From Peribolospora baueri (Eukaryota), in NCBI GenBank assembly GCA_029717555.1, contig JAMDHS010000003.1:310001-374000 (forward strand): a DNA stretch of 64,000 bases, written 5' to 3'. The notes under the pieces are model-generated. The model had not been told where the DNA came from. It saw only the letters and a list, made by a program, of their open reading frames with translations, and did no database searches. Below, piece by piece: positions 26,276 to 39,757 of the stretch. The position numbers and the translations under genes are program-made. Numbering within the stretch: the first letter of the stretch is position 1; every line of letters starts with the position of its first letter.

Positions 26276-29200
26276 TCAGTGGTTGCTACCATTGCGACGC
26301 CCACCTCGGCCCCCACGTCCGCCTCCCCTAGAAGAAGAGCGCTGATTTCCATCGCGACCGGGTAGGGCGGAGACAACATTGAGGCCGGGCGTGCCGCGGA
26401 GACCCATCATGCCCACCGTTTTTGCAAGCTTTATAAAACGGACGAGAGCGGGCGTGAGGTCTCGGACTTGGACAGGGAGAAACAAGAGCGGCAACATGGA
26501 CTGGACGAAGCGGACGCCGATCTGCTCCCGCCAAATTATACGCAATTCAACACTCACCAGAGGAGGCGTACCGGCGGTGTAGAGTAATCCATTGGTCGCC
26601 CAGTCGTTCAGGTTCTCCACCAACTGCGCTGGCGACCAGCGCAAGTCGCGCAGCGAGGACTTGAAGAAGCCCAGCTGGGCCTGCAGTAGGATTGTGAAAG
26701 AAAGAATGAATGAACGTGAGACGACGACGACGAGTCCAGGCAAAGATCGAGGGAACGTAGGCTCGAGAAGCGCACCTGATACCCCTGGGCCTTGGTTTGA
26801 TCGTCCAGCCTTGTCAAAGCATCCTGCATTTTCCTCTTCGACTCTTGGAACCTGTCCTCTGGGACGGGAGGATGAGGCTGCAGAGGCAAGCTGGCCATAT
26901 CTTTCTTGCGAACGAAGAACGCTTCAGCCTCCGAGAGGACTAGAACGCCTTTGCCTTGGGCTCCTGCGCGAGCGGTTCGGCCTAGACGGTGGGTATCTGT
27001 GGGAAATGCAGAGTAGTGGAAAGGAAGGAAATGGGAGCACGAAGTCCGGATCAGACTTTAATTTAGCTGTGTTATCCTTGTCAGTTGCGAGAGAAAGCGT
27101 GTTCGACACGTTAGCCGGCTTCCTTAGTCCACACTCACACTGCTCAGCGTTGGCGGGCAAACCGATCTGCATGACACACGTCACATTCGGCACGTCAACG
27201 CCGCGAGCCAGCGCGTCGGAGGCGAACATGACTCCGGTGGTAGCTTTGCGGACTATGATTGCGACGCGAGGGGAAGGAACGAGACGTGAAGGAAAATTAA
27301 AGAAGAAGAAGAAGGGCACAAATGAATGAGATATCGTCTGCCAGTGGCCAACCAGCGTTGGCATGTCCCTCTCTGCAATGACCAAGGGCTACACAAAACA
27401 GAACGCAGAACTCACAAGCTTCCATCGCGTTCGTCCTTTGTGCCTGAGTCTTGCGGCTATAGAAGGGCCAGAGCGCAAGACGAAATAGCTCGTGTTTCAG
27501 AAAAGGGGATAGAGCAAGCTGACCAACTATCAAACCCTAAAGCTGCCTCACCTGTGCAACTCCCACACGTTCAGACCGTTACCCAACTCTCGGAATACAG
27601 CAGCCATCAGTCCAGCCATACGTGCTGTCGGGGCAAAGGCAATGATCTAAGCGATAAATTTGGTTGAGGAGCAAGAGAATGTCAGTGGGCGTAGGTATGT
27701 CAGAGACGACAGGTCCAATTTTAGAGAGGGACGAACCTTGAAGTTCTGGGGATCCGCTTTCCTTTCTTCGTCCAGGAGATAAAGAGTGGCTGCCAGCTGG
27801 TCATTAAGAGGCATGGTGAGGAGATCTGTGGAGACAAAGCAGGACCCAAGGTCCAAGAAGGAGTCAATGGACGCGAGCCAGCGCGTTTCGGATTGGGTGA
27901 ACGGGCCACTCACGCTGAGAGACATGCTCATGCGTGTTCACGTCGTCTTCTTTTAGCGTGGAGATGAAGCGATGACCGGATGACAGGGCCAGGTTGGCGA
28001 TCTACGAGGTGACATGGCATCGGAACAGGTGAGCGAACAATCCAACAAAGGGGCAGTGAGCAGAAGTAAGAAAACATTATGTGACCGCCTCGTGGGTGAG
28101 CGCGCTTCGCGCTTCCAAACTCACACCGTGAACTTGGTCAGGGATGGTGGCGCTGAACAGCAAAGTCTGCCGTGGCGAAGCAACCTTGTCCGGGAGGCGG
28201 GCGAGGATCTTTTCGAGATCGTGCCGGAAGCCCATGTCGAGCACTGTATGTGTGTAAGCAGACGTAAGATTCGCACAAAACAAGAAGACATCGATGAGCG
28301 TCGTCCATTCTGAAATCCACGCGCACGTACTCGTAAAATGTCCCACTGCGTTTGGAAACGCCGTAACTCACGCCTATCCGCCTCGTCCAACACGAGCACC
28401 TTCAACGTCCTGACCTTCTGAGCGAGGCCAGAATTATCGAGATGGTCCAGCAGTCTACCAGGCGTGGCGACCAGGATGTCGCAAGCGTCGTTTTGCAGAC
28501 GGCGTTGCTCTGACGACATGTTCGTGCCGCCCTGATAGGTGAGGAGGAACGAGCCCGGTGGGAAAACACATGAAGGCAATCAGTCATTGGTTCGAGTCAG
28601 AATAGACGTTACACCAATTCGCGTCCGGAAAGCAACAACCAAGGACCGGACCTAAAAGGGTCGTGGATAACCGCGACGTAGAGAGTGACTCACTACGACG
28701 AACTGCGTTCCGTAGTGGTGATGCTGAAGGAGCATCTTGGCCTCTTTGTCGATCTGCATGGCAAGCTCCCTCTGCGATTTCATACGCACATAGACAATAG
28801 GACTGTGTGTTAGCCGGTCAACGTTCGAAGAGTTCGCGTATCTTAGCTCGACACCTTGGAATGACCTCGTCCAAACGTCTTCGTTGAGATTCAGCCTCAA
28901 AACGTACCGTAGGGCTGAGCACGAGCACAGATACATTCCCCTTGGTCGGTTGTGGAGTGGAATTGACGAGCCCCTGGATGGCAGGGATGAGGAAGGCGAC
29001 TGTCTTTCCCGTTCCAGTCTTGGCCTGCGCCAGGATGTCTTCGCCTGCTAAAGCTGCATCGACCGTCGCGGCTGAGACCGTGGGAGGAAGAGCAGAAGCG
29101 CGGTGCGGACGGGAACTAGAAATGGTAAGTTCAGGAACCCTACACCATCCTCTTCTCGAGGTGATAAGGTGTGCTAAAGGACTGACTGACCCTGCACCTC

Positions 29201-29812
29201 AGTCATGTACTCGAACGGCACGCCCCTCAGCGTCCTCTCGTCGACCTTTCCTTTCAAGCTGTCGAACCTCACGTTCGTCAGATGACCCGTGCCGCCGGCG
29301 CCGCTGGGCGTCACCGTGCCAGAAGCGGGATGAGATGGAGCCGGAGTGGGAGCGGTGGAAGAGAGCGACAACTCGTCCTCCCCGGCGGGCGTCGTCGTCG
29401 AGCCGTCTTCTTCTCTGTCGTCACTCTCTCCCTTTGACGCGCCGTGTCCGTCGCCGCCCCTACGACCGCGCCCTCTGTTCGGACGTTTGCGCGGTCCACC
29501 TCTACTACCTCCTCGCGGAAAACCACGGCCATGCTTCTGTCCTTTTCCGGGCCCCGGAGCGAACGTGCCGCCGCCGTCGGGAAAGTCCGCCATGGTTGTT
29601 TGGCGGCTGTTGTTTGTTGCGGTGGCCAGGACGAACAGGAAGATTACGGCGACTTGATCGCGCTCTGGTCGCTGCGGCACGGGCGTCGACCGAGAGAACG
29701 AAGTTTTCACTGAGAGCCAACTTCCGGCTAGCAGCGGGGAACTCTCACGACGAAGGCGACACGGAGAGATGGAAACGTTTTCACGTACGATGCGGGCAGG
29801 TAGGAAAGGCAT
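26276..29812 (-). CDS. DEAD-box RNA helicase, Mss116/CYT-19-like; second in-frame ATG at 29593
   Basis: Q motif MTEVQ, AQAKTGTGKT, SPT|RELA, ATPGRLLDHL, LDEADR, QTLLFSAT, SDALARGVD, HRLGRTARAG; basic GGRGGRGGRR C-terminal tail. Confidence 0.88.
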
Positions 29813-29975
29813 GCGAACGCCGCGTATAAGATGGAGAGTCACCCGAGGACCGCATGGACGGAATTGACAAGGCCTTTAAACCCTAAACCGTAACCTACGA
29901 TTACCAGCGTCGAGGGGGCAGGAAGACTAAGGTACAGTACGACTGACGACGCTCGCACCGAATAGTCGTCCAAGC

Positions 29976-31121
29976 TCAGAGCAAGAAACTGAAGCCGGCG
30001 ACGAGACCGACAGCGGTGGCGAGAAGACCAGCCGTCTTCGGGCTGCCGAGGGCGACGGCGGAGTTCTTCTTCTTGTCAGAGAAAATGTCACCCAGGAGGG
30101 AGTGGTGGGTGGCGCTCGGGTGGGCGGAGCTGGACGAAGACGTGCTGGAGGAGGACGAGGTGCTGGAGGAGGAGGAAGTGGTGGAGGTGGACGTGGGAGT
30201 GGCAGTGGTAGTGGTAGGCTTGGCCGTGGACGTGGTCGAGGTAGACGTGGTCGAGGTAGACGTGGACGTGGACGTGGTCGAGGTAGACGTGGACGTGGAC
30301 GTGGAGAACCAGGAATTGTGCCACACGTCCGACTTGATGGAGGCTCCCCAGTTGTGCATCGACTTCCAATCGTTCTCCAGATCGGAGATGAAGTCACGCG
30401 GAAGGATCGGACGCGGGGTGGGGGTAGGGGAGGCAGGGGAGGCAGGGGGTTGGGGAAGGAAGTGGTGCATGTTCTCCTCCTCCAGGCGCATCTCCTTCTG
30501 CTCCAGGCGCATCTCCTTCTCCTCCTCCAGGCGCATCTCCTCCTCCATCTTCATATGGCTCCCCATCTCGGACATGTCACCCTTCATCTTGCCCTTCCAA
30601 CCCTTCTTCTTGTCCTCCTTCCCCATCTGCTTCTCCAACTCCTTGACCAGCTTGGCTTGAGCGTGACCATACGCGGCCCACTCGAACGCGGACGCGTTGG
30701 CCGCTGGGACGTGCAGCAGGAGAAGGTTGAGCGGGTGCTCCTCGTGATGGTGGTGGTGGTGGTGCTGCTGCTGCTCCCACTCGCCGGGCTCGCCGGGCTC
30801 GCCGGGCTCGCCGGGGCTCGGGCCCGCGGGAGTGGAGCTGGCCGCAGGAGCAGAGCTGGTCGTGGAGTTGTAGTTCTGGTTGGCGTTGGACACGGCGTCG
30901 GCCCCGTTTATGCTTCCACTGACGAGGGAAGAATAAAGACGTTTGCAAGGTCACCATCAGCCATCGCTGCCCGAGGATGGCGGGCGAGAAGAGAAGAGAA
31001 GAAAGAACGCAAGCACTCACGCCGTGGAGCCTCCGACGGTGAAGCTACGCTCCATCCGGATGGGAGCGGCGGACGCGGCGCCCGCGAGGGCGAGGGCAGC
31101 GGCGAAAGTGACGGTCTTCAT
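29976..31121 (-). CDS. secreted, probably GPI-anchored, low-complexity surface protein (His/Met-rich plus Ser/Thr stalk), 2 exons
   Basis: Signal peptide MKTVTFAAALALAGAASA. One GT-AG intron joins ...GGSTA|GSINGADAVSNANQNY. Internal (PGE)4, H7 and EMRLE repeats, a poly-S/T tract and a hydrophobic C-terminal tail (NSAVALGSPKTAGLLATAVGLVAGFSFLL*). Confidence 0.8.
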
Positions 31122-34100
31122 CTTGGGACGTGAGAATCGCGAGGAGAACGGAAGGGTCGTAAAGAGGGTAAAAGAGAAGGTTGTAGTGTAAATGGGAAGT
31201 TTGCGACGAAGCGAAAAAAATAACGAAAGACTGCCAGAGCCTTTCGGGAAGCGAAACGAAGTAAAAGGGTGGGGTAGAAGGAAAAAAGGGTACAGGCCGA
31301 AGCTGTTGTGATCACAGATGGAGAGAGAAGAGAGGAAAGAGGAGAAGAAGCGGTCGATACGTCGTCCGTATATATGGTACGGCCGCCACCCCGAGGTGGA
31401 GACTTGTCACGCAAGCGGGCGCAGGAATAGAGGAATCATTGTTGGCAGCCTGAGCGAGACGGAGACTTGTGGGGAGACCTCCGTCCGAATGACGTTGGGC
31501 GCATGGTCCTAAGCGTCGGAAGGTCTCAAATGGCCTCTAGTCAATTGTCCAACCGGATATCTTTGATATGTTAGTCGACCTTTTACTGCCGGGGGCAGGC
31601 GACAGGGAGTATCGACGGCTAACGCAAAGGGAGGCACTGGACTACACTTGCCCCGGTTGGCTCGGTGAGTGGCTGGATGCGATGGACGCCGGTCGAACCG
31701 AAGCGTAAGTGAGGTTCTAACTGCCCGAGGCGGTTCCTTACACCCTCGCCAGGCGAGAGGGCAGCCATGGATCCCGTCTACGTCCGTCGAGCCAGGACAG
31801 GAAGATCCGGGTTTCCAAAGGCTAAAATACACGCGAACCGAAGCGGGGCGCTTGTGGTTCGGTGGGACTTGGACGCCCACTCAAGAACACCGCGTGCGTT
31901 AGGACATAAAGTCGATGGCGTACACACTCAAGGCGGGAACAAATGACATCAGCGACGGAAGTTTGGAGCGAGGACGCGTGTATGCATGCGGTTTACCTGG
32001 TCTGCCGCGTGAGTGCCTTCTCTCGCCATATGTCAAATGAAGAGCGCCGTGCTGCGCCCCTTCGCGGACCTGGCCTCGCCCTGGGGCGTAGCAACGCCCT
32101 CGGGCGGGGGAGAGGCGGAGGGATCGAGCTACTCGGCCGCTGACGACGGACACGAAAGGGGCGGTGAAGTGGAGGGACTATAAATGATGTGTGGCGTAAA
32201 ATATTGGCGTCCGAGTCGACGCGGAGCTTATGTAATCCACCGAGGTGCGCGAATCCAACTCGAGTGTTTTTGTCTTGACCAATCGTGGCAGCAAAACTCG
32301 TCGTCTTTCGTCTCTCGATCCCGACCGATAGCCATGTGTATTCATGTTTACGCAAACGACAAGGGGCCATCGCTTCGTTCGATTGTGATGCGGCGGTGAG
32401 TGTTGAGGTAGTCGTCGCGCTAGCCTTTCACAGCCTGAAAGCATTCGGTTCATCGGCAGTGTCGAAGAGGGTAAAGGTCAGTCGGCAAGGCGGGTCTGTC
32501 GAGGACGTCGAGCGTGACGGGGAGGACAAGGGGAAGCGAGAAAGGCAAAGAGACTTTCGAGATGTCAGATCCTGCGCGACGGTACATCGCCTGTTGCTGA
32601 TGGACCATGACGACGGCGAAAAAGCAGAGCTCGCCCGCGTGCTCTCGCCTTGAATGACCTCGAGATGGACCAAACGAGCGAGAAATGAAGGGGGAAAGCG
32701 CGGGCGCGGACGCCCGAGTCTCCAATGCGTCGTCCAAGCCGACGACCATCGTCGTTCGCCGCGGTATTTCCTAGACGCGTCCAGACGCTCCTGCTACTTT
32801 GGCCAGGCGTGCTGGCGATGGCGACGGACGTGCTGCGCTGTCCGGCTTGATGAGCCTCGAACCGTTCGCCTCGTCCTTCGTCTCGGTGTTTTCAGCGAGA
32901 CCAGCACCAGCAGTGACGGTGGTCCTAAGTCTCCAGGCTCTCGCGCTGAGTCAGTCGCCCAAAAAAAAGGATTCGGGAGATCATCAGCAGGGAGCTCGGC
33001 GCTTACAACCTGACCTTTGATTCGATGATCACTTTGTCATCGCTGTCCTCCGAGCAGCTAGTCAATGGGACCGAAGCCGAGAATCAGACTGCTGCTGCTT
33101 GCGAGATCCAAAAAGCGAGTCGACGAGGTATGTATGGCAAATGTGCATGTGCATGTCCCAAGGCGAGATGAGATGATCGATCGGTTGAGATAAGGAAGCG
33201 GACCGAAGATAGGTTTGACGAGAGAACAAAGAACAAAGAACAGAGCTGAGCCGAGCCCGACGGAAGGAAGCGCGTTATCAGATGGGACCGAGGGAGTCGA
33301 TGCGCACGAACACTGGGTTTTGTTTCCCCTTGAGTCGGCGTTACAAGGTCACGTCGGGCAGGTATCCGTGCGGGAGGAGGCCTGACGGTCAAGGTGAGGA
33401 GGAATGTAAGCTGGCGGATGAGGATGGAGAGGAAGCGAGGACGGTCGTGGCCGTGCACGGCGTCCCTGCTGGCGCACGGAGACGGAGAGCGAAAACGGCG
33501 AGCGAGGACAGGCGACAAGACAAGACAAGACGGGGACGGTTTCTTAAGCGACTGTAGAAGGAGAAGAAGGAGCCTGGAGGCAAGGGCGGCCGTACGAGCG
33601 CTGTGCTGACTGCCGTTCGTGCGCTTGTTTGTTCGTCGTGTCTGTGTGTCTGTGCCTGCGTGTCTGTTTGTCTGTTTGTCGGTCAGTCTGTGTATTTGCC
33701 TGTCTGCTGGCTGCTTGTAAGGTTTTACTTACTGGCCGATGTCATTCGACGCCCACGGAGCACTGACTGGCCAATGTGTGCTTGTATTGGCAAGTGTGCT
33801 ACCTGGGGGTGTTCTATGAATGAGTGTATCGGTGTATGTGTGTGTAGAAAGAGAAAGAGAGAGCAGTCGCCTCTAGATAAAAAGGAGCGTGGGCGCAGCG
33901 CAGCTGCGGTAGGAAGCGCAGAATGACGGAGATCTAACTAAGCTATATAGCTACCTATGATCGGATCGCTATCAGAGCTGGGAACTCTTACAGAACTCTT
34001 ACTGCTCGACGTGTGTCCCTCCGCGACTCGCTTGTGGCCCGTGCACTGGGTGGACGAGTTGGAGAAACGTGGATCGCTCGCGTGGCCGTGGACAGTCTTA

Positions 34101-34463
34101 TTAGTCATAGTCGTAGTCATAGTCACAGTCATAGCCATGTCATAATGGCATTGCGCCCCTGCTGCGGCCCCGGATACGCCGGCCGCAGCCGAGCGTGCCA
34201 TGGCCGAGGCGATGCCGACGGCGGTTTGGTTGTACTGGTTGCCGGCCGGCGCCGTGTCGGCAGGCCGAGGGCCGAGAGAGCGTCCGTCGGCAGATCAGAT
34301 CAGATCAGATCGTCTTTGCCTCCCCCTCCTTCTGAGAGAGGGTCGACGAAAGCGGCCAGCGAGGGGCGAGTGCGTGCTGTCGTTGTCGGTGCGCGCTCTG
34401 CTCTGCTCTGTTCTGCTCAGCCCCCTACGGACGGCGATGGGGTGTGGCCAGCTGGATCGCCTC

Positions 34464-34493
34464 GGCCAGGGCCAGGGCCAGGGCCAGGGCCAG
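34464..34493. repeat. microsatellite (GGCCAG)5
   Basis: Read directly from the sequence. Confidence 0.9.
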
Positions 34494-34995
34494 CCAAGGT
34501 CTCGGCAAGAAGCGCGGTCGGCTCGGCTCGGCTCGGCATGGCGGGAATCTCGATTTGGCAGCTGCCAGCCGCCGGACGGCCGATGTGTGTCTCCTCGCGC
34601 TAGCACCATTGCCCTGACTGACCTCGCACAGCAACTGATCACGTGTGTTCGTCCATCGGCCCTCATTCATCGTCCTCGCCCTGCCTCCGCCTTTCGACCC
34701 CCATCGTCGCCGCCTGCCACGAACGAAAGAAGGAAAGAAGGAAACACAAGGACAGGACACGGCAGGCCTCCCGCTGGCGACGGCTCCTTTGCGGGGAAGA
34801 AAAGGAAAAGGAAAAAGAAAAAGAAAAAGAAGAATCGCGTAACCGACGGTACCATCGTCCGCTTCTGTACTCCTCCTGTCCTCCCTCCCTTCCCTCCACC
34901 ATCTATCCCCCCGGGCTGCCGGCCGGTCGGCAGGAAGTGATTGATCTCTTAGGCCTGCTTCCGCCCCCGCCCACCTTTCATCCTTTCACCCTTGG

Positions 34996-34999
<4 letters not shown>

Positions 35000-35029
<30 letters not shown>
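35000..35029. repeat. microsatellite (TGC)10
   Basis: Read directly from the sequence. Confidence 0.9.
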
Positions 35030-35978
35030 GCTGTCTCCTTCCTTCCTTCCGCTCCCTCTTCCTTCCTTCATTTCCGACCGCAGCCCACCCGCGCCCGCGT
35101 CGGCAAAGCGAAGCGCATGGGACGACGGCCGGCACCCAGGACGAAAGCATATTGACGGGCCGGCGTCGGACGACGGACGGTGGGGCTCGTCGAGCCAAGG
35201 ACAAGCACGCGAGACGAAGCGTAGCGTCGACCGGCAGGCGAGACAAGCCAGAGCGAGGCAAGACGACGACGACGACGACGACTCTGTCAAGCCGAGATAG
35301 ACAGACGGCCGAGGTGAGTGAGTGAGGCAAGCCAGTCAAGTCAGCTAAGCCGGCCGATAGAAGAGGATCGCATCGCGGCTATACACGCCTTCCGTGCAGC
35401 GTGCTAAAACGCAACGCTCGCCGAGCTGATACCAAACCGCCTCGTTCCTTGATCATATCCCCTCTTCTTTTGTTTTGTCTTGTTTTGTCTGCCTGCCGGC
35501 CGATCATACTAGCCCTTGCCTCTCCCCTCGCTCGACCTGGCGCACACACCTCGGCACGGCACGGACGGCACAAGCTCAGCTCAGATCTGCTCAGCTCATC
35601 GTCTCTGCTCAGATCTGCTCATCGTTTCCGCTCAGATCTACTCACCTCAGCTCAGCTCGCTCTCCTCTCCTCTCCTCGACTCATCCGTCACCCCATCCCA
35701 TCTCGCATCCTTCCTTCCGCCCAGCCAACGCACCCTAGCCAGCCAGCCAGCCAGGCCAGCCGGCGGGCCCAGAGTCTACTCTCCTACCTTCATTCATCCC
35801 CCCCCCCCCCACCGCTCGGCTCGTCCTCGGCAGCCTCTCTGGCGCTCCGAGCTCGGTATCGTATCGTATCGGCTCGGCTTGGATTGGCTTCTGTTGGCTT
35901 GGGTTGGATAGGATTGGGTTGGATTGGATATCACGCCGTACATAACCCGCCTCCGCCCACTCCGACGTCGCACTCGAC

Positions 35979-38900
35979 ATGACCGCCCTCCTCGATCCCC
36001 CCGCTCCCTCCTCCCCGCCGTGTCACCGTCTTTCCCCTTCTCTACCTCCTCCTTCTTCCTTTCCCGCCCCGTCCAGCCACTATACCCCCCATCCGGACGG
36101 CACGATCCCCTCTCCTCCTACGGCGGCCGTGCACGCCGCTTCGACACGACCACCACCAGATCATCATCAACCCCACGAGCGACAACGACAACAACAACAC
36201 GGAAAGCCATCGTGCCGCCCACGCTGCCCACGACAACTTCTTTCCGGCCCCACGTCCCCAGCCTCCGCCGCGTCCGCTTTGGCTGGCGCTATGCGCGTCT
36301 TTCCGCTTACCCACGCGCCTTGGGGCGTTGATCCGCATGGTGAGTGGGCGATTTGATTTGGGCGTTGGATGTGTGGAGGGAAAAGGGGCGATGGGTCCTA
36401 TGGAAGGAGGGAACGAACGAAAGGAGCGAGGCCCGGAATCGTCGTCGGCGTTCTCTCTCGCCTCCGTCCCGATCGCGTGGGTGGTGGGTGGACACGGCCG
36501 CGCACGGGCCATTTCATGCGTGACCGACGCTCCCCCAAGTCGGATCGCAGTACACCCACCTCGCCTCTCTCATTCTCCTCTATTCCATTCCTGCTCGTCT
36601 ACTCCCTGCCGGCTCCTTCCTTCGCTCACTCGTCTCCCCGCCGACTCTTTCCCTCGTCTCTTTCCCTCGCGCTCCCCCCACAGAATGGCCCCCGCCACTC
36701 AAATACCTCGCCCTCGGCGTCGTCATGGTCGGCGCCTTCGGAGGTCCCTTGGCCGCTACAATCAATTATCCGTGAGTGCCGGCCCGCTGTCCGATTCGGA
36801 TGGGCCGCGCGGACGCTGAGTAGCCGCCGCGCCTTTCCGTCCTTGACAAAAGCACGCTCGAGAACATCCAGAGCGACCTCAAGAGCTCCCAGGCGGCCGT
36901 CAACCTTTCGTGAGTTCTGACACGTCTTAGTTCTCGCACCATCGCTCCTCCGCCGCTCACCTCCCATCCTCGCTTCCTCCTACACATCCAGCATCGCCAT
37001 CATCCTCTTCAGCATGGCCTTCTGGCCCCTCATCTGGAACCCACTGAGCAGCAAGATCGGTCGCCGACCAGTGCTCATCTTCACCTTTGGCGTCTACGCC
37101 ACCTTTTCCGTCGCCCTCGGCCTCTGCCAGAATATGCGCCAGATGGTTAGGTCCCGTCGGTCGCTCTCTTGCCTTTGGTCGAAAATCCTTCCCTGACCAA
37201 GCGCTTCCATGTCTACACATGCTTCGCCGCCACCCCCGCAGATCGTTTTCCGCCTCATCCAAGGCGCCGGATCTTCGGCAGCCGCCGGCGTCGGCTCGGC
37301 CGTCGTGGCCGACATTGCAAAGCGCGAGCAACGAGGATGGATGATTGGCGCATTCTACGTCGGACCCCAAGTCGGACCTGCTCTCGGCCCTCTGTTGGGT
37401 GGCGTGATTGGCGAAGCGCTAGGATGGCGAAGTTTGTTCTTTGTACAAGCTATCACTGGCGGTTTGAGCATGATCATTACTCTTCTCTTCCTCCCCGAAT
37501 CGAGGCGCATGCCGGCTATGGTTCCCCAAGCCTCTCTTACCCCTTCCTTCGCCGCCGCCATGCGCTCTCCGCCGTCGCCGTCACCGTCACCGTCACCGTT
37601 TACCCCCCTGGCCGCGGTGGCCCCTGAGGCCTCGCCGACTGGGAAGATTCCCGCACCGACGCCGGCGCATCCCGAGTCCAAGGCCGACAACACTCCCGCA
37701 GCCGAGGCCAAGACCCCTGCGTCGTCGCATCGCGGCGCGCCGTCGTCCGAGGCAGCGGCCGCCGCGGACGATCTCGTCCAGGTCTTCCTCGCACCCGCCT
37801 TCTCCTTCTCCCGGCTCAAGTCTTACGGCTTTGACCCGCTTGAGCCGCTCAAAATGTTCTTTAACCCGAGCATGCCGCTCCCCACTGCCTCGTGAGTCAA
37901 AGCTTTTTCCCCTCCTCCGTGGTCGTTGCTGATCCCATTGTTCATCCCGCAGCCTGGCCATCATCTACAGCGCCTACTTCATGATCTCCCCCGTCTACGC
38001 CCGCTCCCTCCATCAGTACTTTGGCTTCAAGCAGCTCCTCCAGGGCCTCTCATACTTGGCCCCTGGCTTCGGCTTCATCTTGGGCTCCGTCCTCGGAGGC
38101 CGTTTCTCCGACAAGGTCGTCCAATGGTTCGAGCGGACGAAAGGTCAAACGCACGCCGAGGTTCGCTTGGTCTCCAGCGTGCCCTTCGCCTGGATCCCTA
38201 GCGTCGGATTGCTCATGTACGGCTTTGGTCTGCCCTTCCGATGGGAGCTCGCCCTTGCGGGCATGTTTGTCTTGGGTGAGCGGGAGTCCCGACCGTCGGA
38301 CGATAGCACGTTTAGAGCTCATACGAAAGTGTCTCGTTTCCTTCTCGCCGTCGTTGTCGACAGGCTTCGGCACTCTCATGGTCGTCTCTTCCATCAACGC
38401 CTTTGCCATGTGAGCGTCTTTTCGAGCAATCCTGAGCGGTGGGGAGATGAAGACGACGAGTCGCTCATCCATCCATCCGTTCATCGCCCCTCCTCAGTGA
38501 CCTTTACGGTCCCAAAGCCGCTTCGGCCATGGCGGCGCTCAACATGATGCGCTTCTTCCTCTCCGGCGTCGCCTCCCTCGTATCGCAGTACGGCATGAAC
38601 GGCATCGGCCCACGGCGCTTCTACGGCATCATGGCCGCCATATCCTTCGCCGCCGCCGCCAGCCCGGTGATCACGATCATCTGGGGCAAGCGGTGGAGGG
38701 AGAGCTGGGAGCAAAGAAGAGAGGCGACGCTCGCCGCCCGCTCCCGCGCCACGTCCTCCTCTTCCAGCTCAGGCGGCGGCTCGCTACGGGGCAGCGAGAC
38801 GGGCAGGGCGACTCGGAGCGGACGAGGGACGCCGAACGGGGGCGATCGCTCGGCGTCCACGGGCGTTTCCGTCGTCGACGACAAGCCGAAATCGTTTCCG

Positions 38901-39101
38901 CCGTTGGATCTCGAGAAGGACGGCCATCTCGTCCCGGAGCCGGAGCTGGAGCTGGACAAGCGCCAGGCGGACGGGGCGCCGCCGCCGCCTGAAGAGGCTG
39001 TCGACGCTCCGATGGTGCGACCCGATGGCGACGTGGATGTGGAGAAGGGCGGATGCGGGCTAGGGCGAGGAGGAGGAGAAGATACGGAGAAGGCCGGGTA
39101 G
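35979..39101 (+). CDS. MFS transporter, drug:H+ antiporter-1 (DHA1/Qdr-like)
   Basis: Motif A PLSSKIGRRPV, FRLIQGAGSS, VVADI...RG, antiporter motif C GPALGPLLGG, GWRSLF, LPES, second loop GGRFSD. Multiple TM helices across 7 exons. Confidence 0.9.
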
Positions 39102-39757
39102 TAGTAGTAGCGTCTCCGTCTTGTTCGTCGTCATCGTCATCCATATCATGGTCATCGTCCGGGATAATCAGCATGTGTCCTATTCCCATCCCCTCCATCT
39201 ATCCTCCCGTCCATCCATCCATCCTTTCCCCTTCACTGACCTCCCTCCTTCTATTCTCTCCATCCACTATGTTGCCGAGCCGGAGCTTTCGAGCTTTCCC
39301 GTTCCTGCACACCTTACCATGTCCAGAAGGAGCATCGGCAAGCTATACCTGTCGCCTCCATCGACTTTTGAGCAGTTGAATGTTACCGGCTGCCGCTCTT
39401 GTCGTGGTACATCCCATACGGACCCATTCGCCGCGGCCCAGGCACGTGACGGACGCGTGCCGCCGCGTGCCAGTCCTCGCTCGATAGCATCCACTTCTTC
39501 GTTTCCCTCGCTCTCATCCTCTCCGTTCCACTTGACTTACCCATACCTGCCTGCCTACCACCCTTCCCGCTCGCCCTTCGCGCGCCCGTTCTTACCTACC
39601 TCGGCTCATCCCTCCGCTAGCCCGGCCCTTTTTTTATATTTTTTATCGAACCCTTTCCCTCTCTTCCCACCGTTTCAAAACCCGAACGAACGAAACATCG
39701 CCCTCGAACGACGCGGAAAGAAAAACGACGAGACGGAAAGGAAAGACGGACGACGAC

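Noticed and set aside
30016..31133. V/D/E-rich and RG-rich + strand ORFs
   Set aside because: Antisense mirror of the Ser/Thr repeats of the GPI-type gene.
39099..39110. Four tandem TAG codons ending the MFS gene; stop-codon read-through signals generally
   Set aside because: This is simply a (TAG)4 microsatellite. No gene end I checked has the TGA-CTA read-through context.
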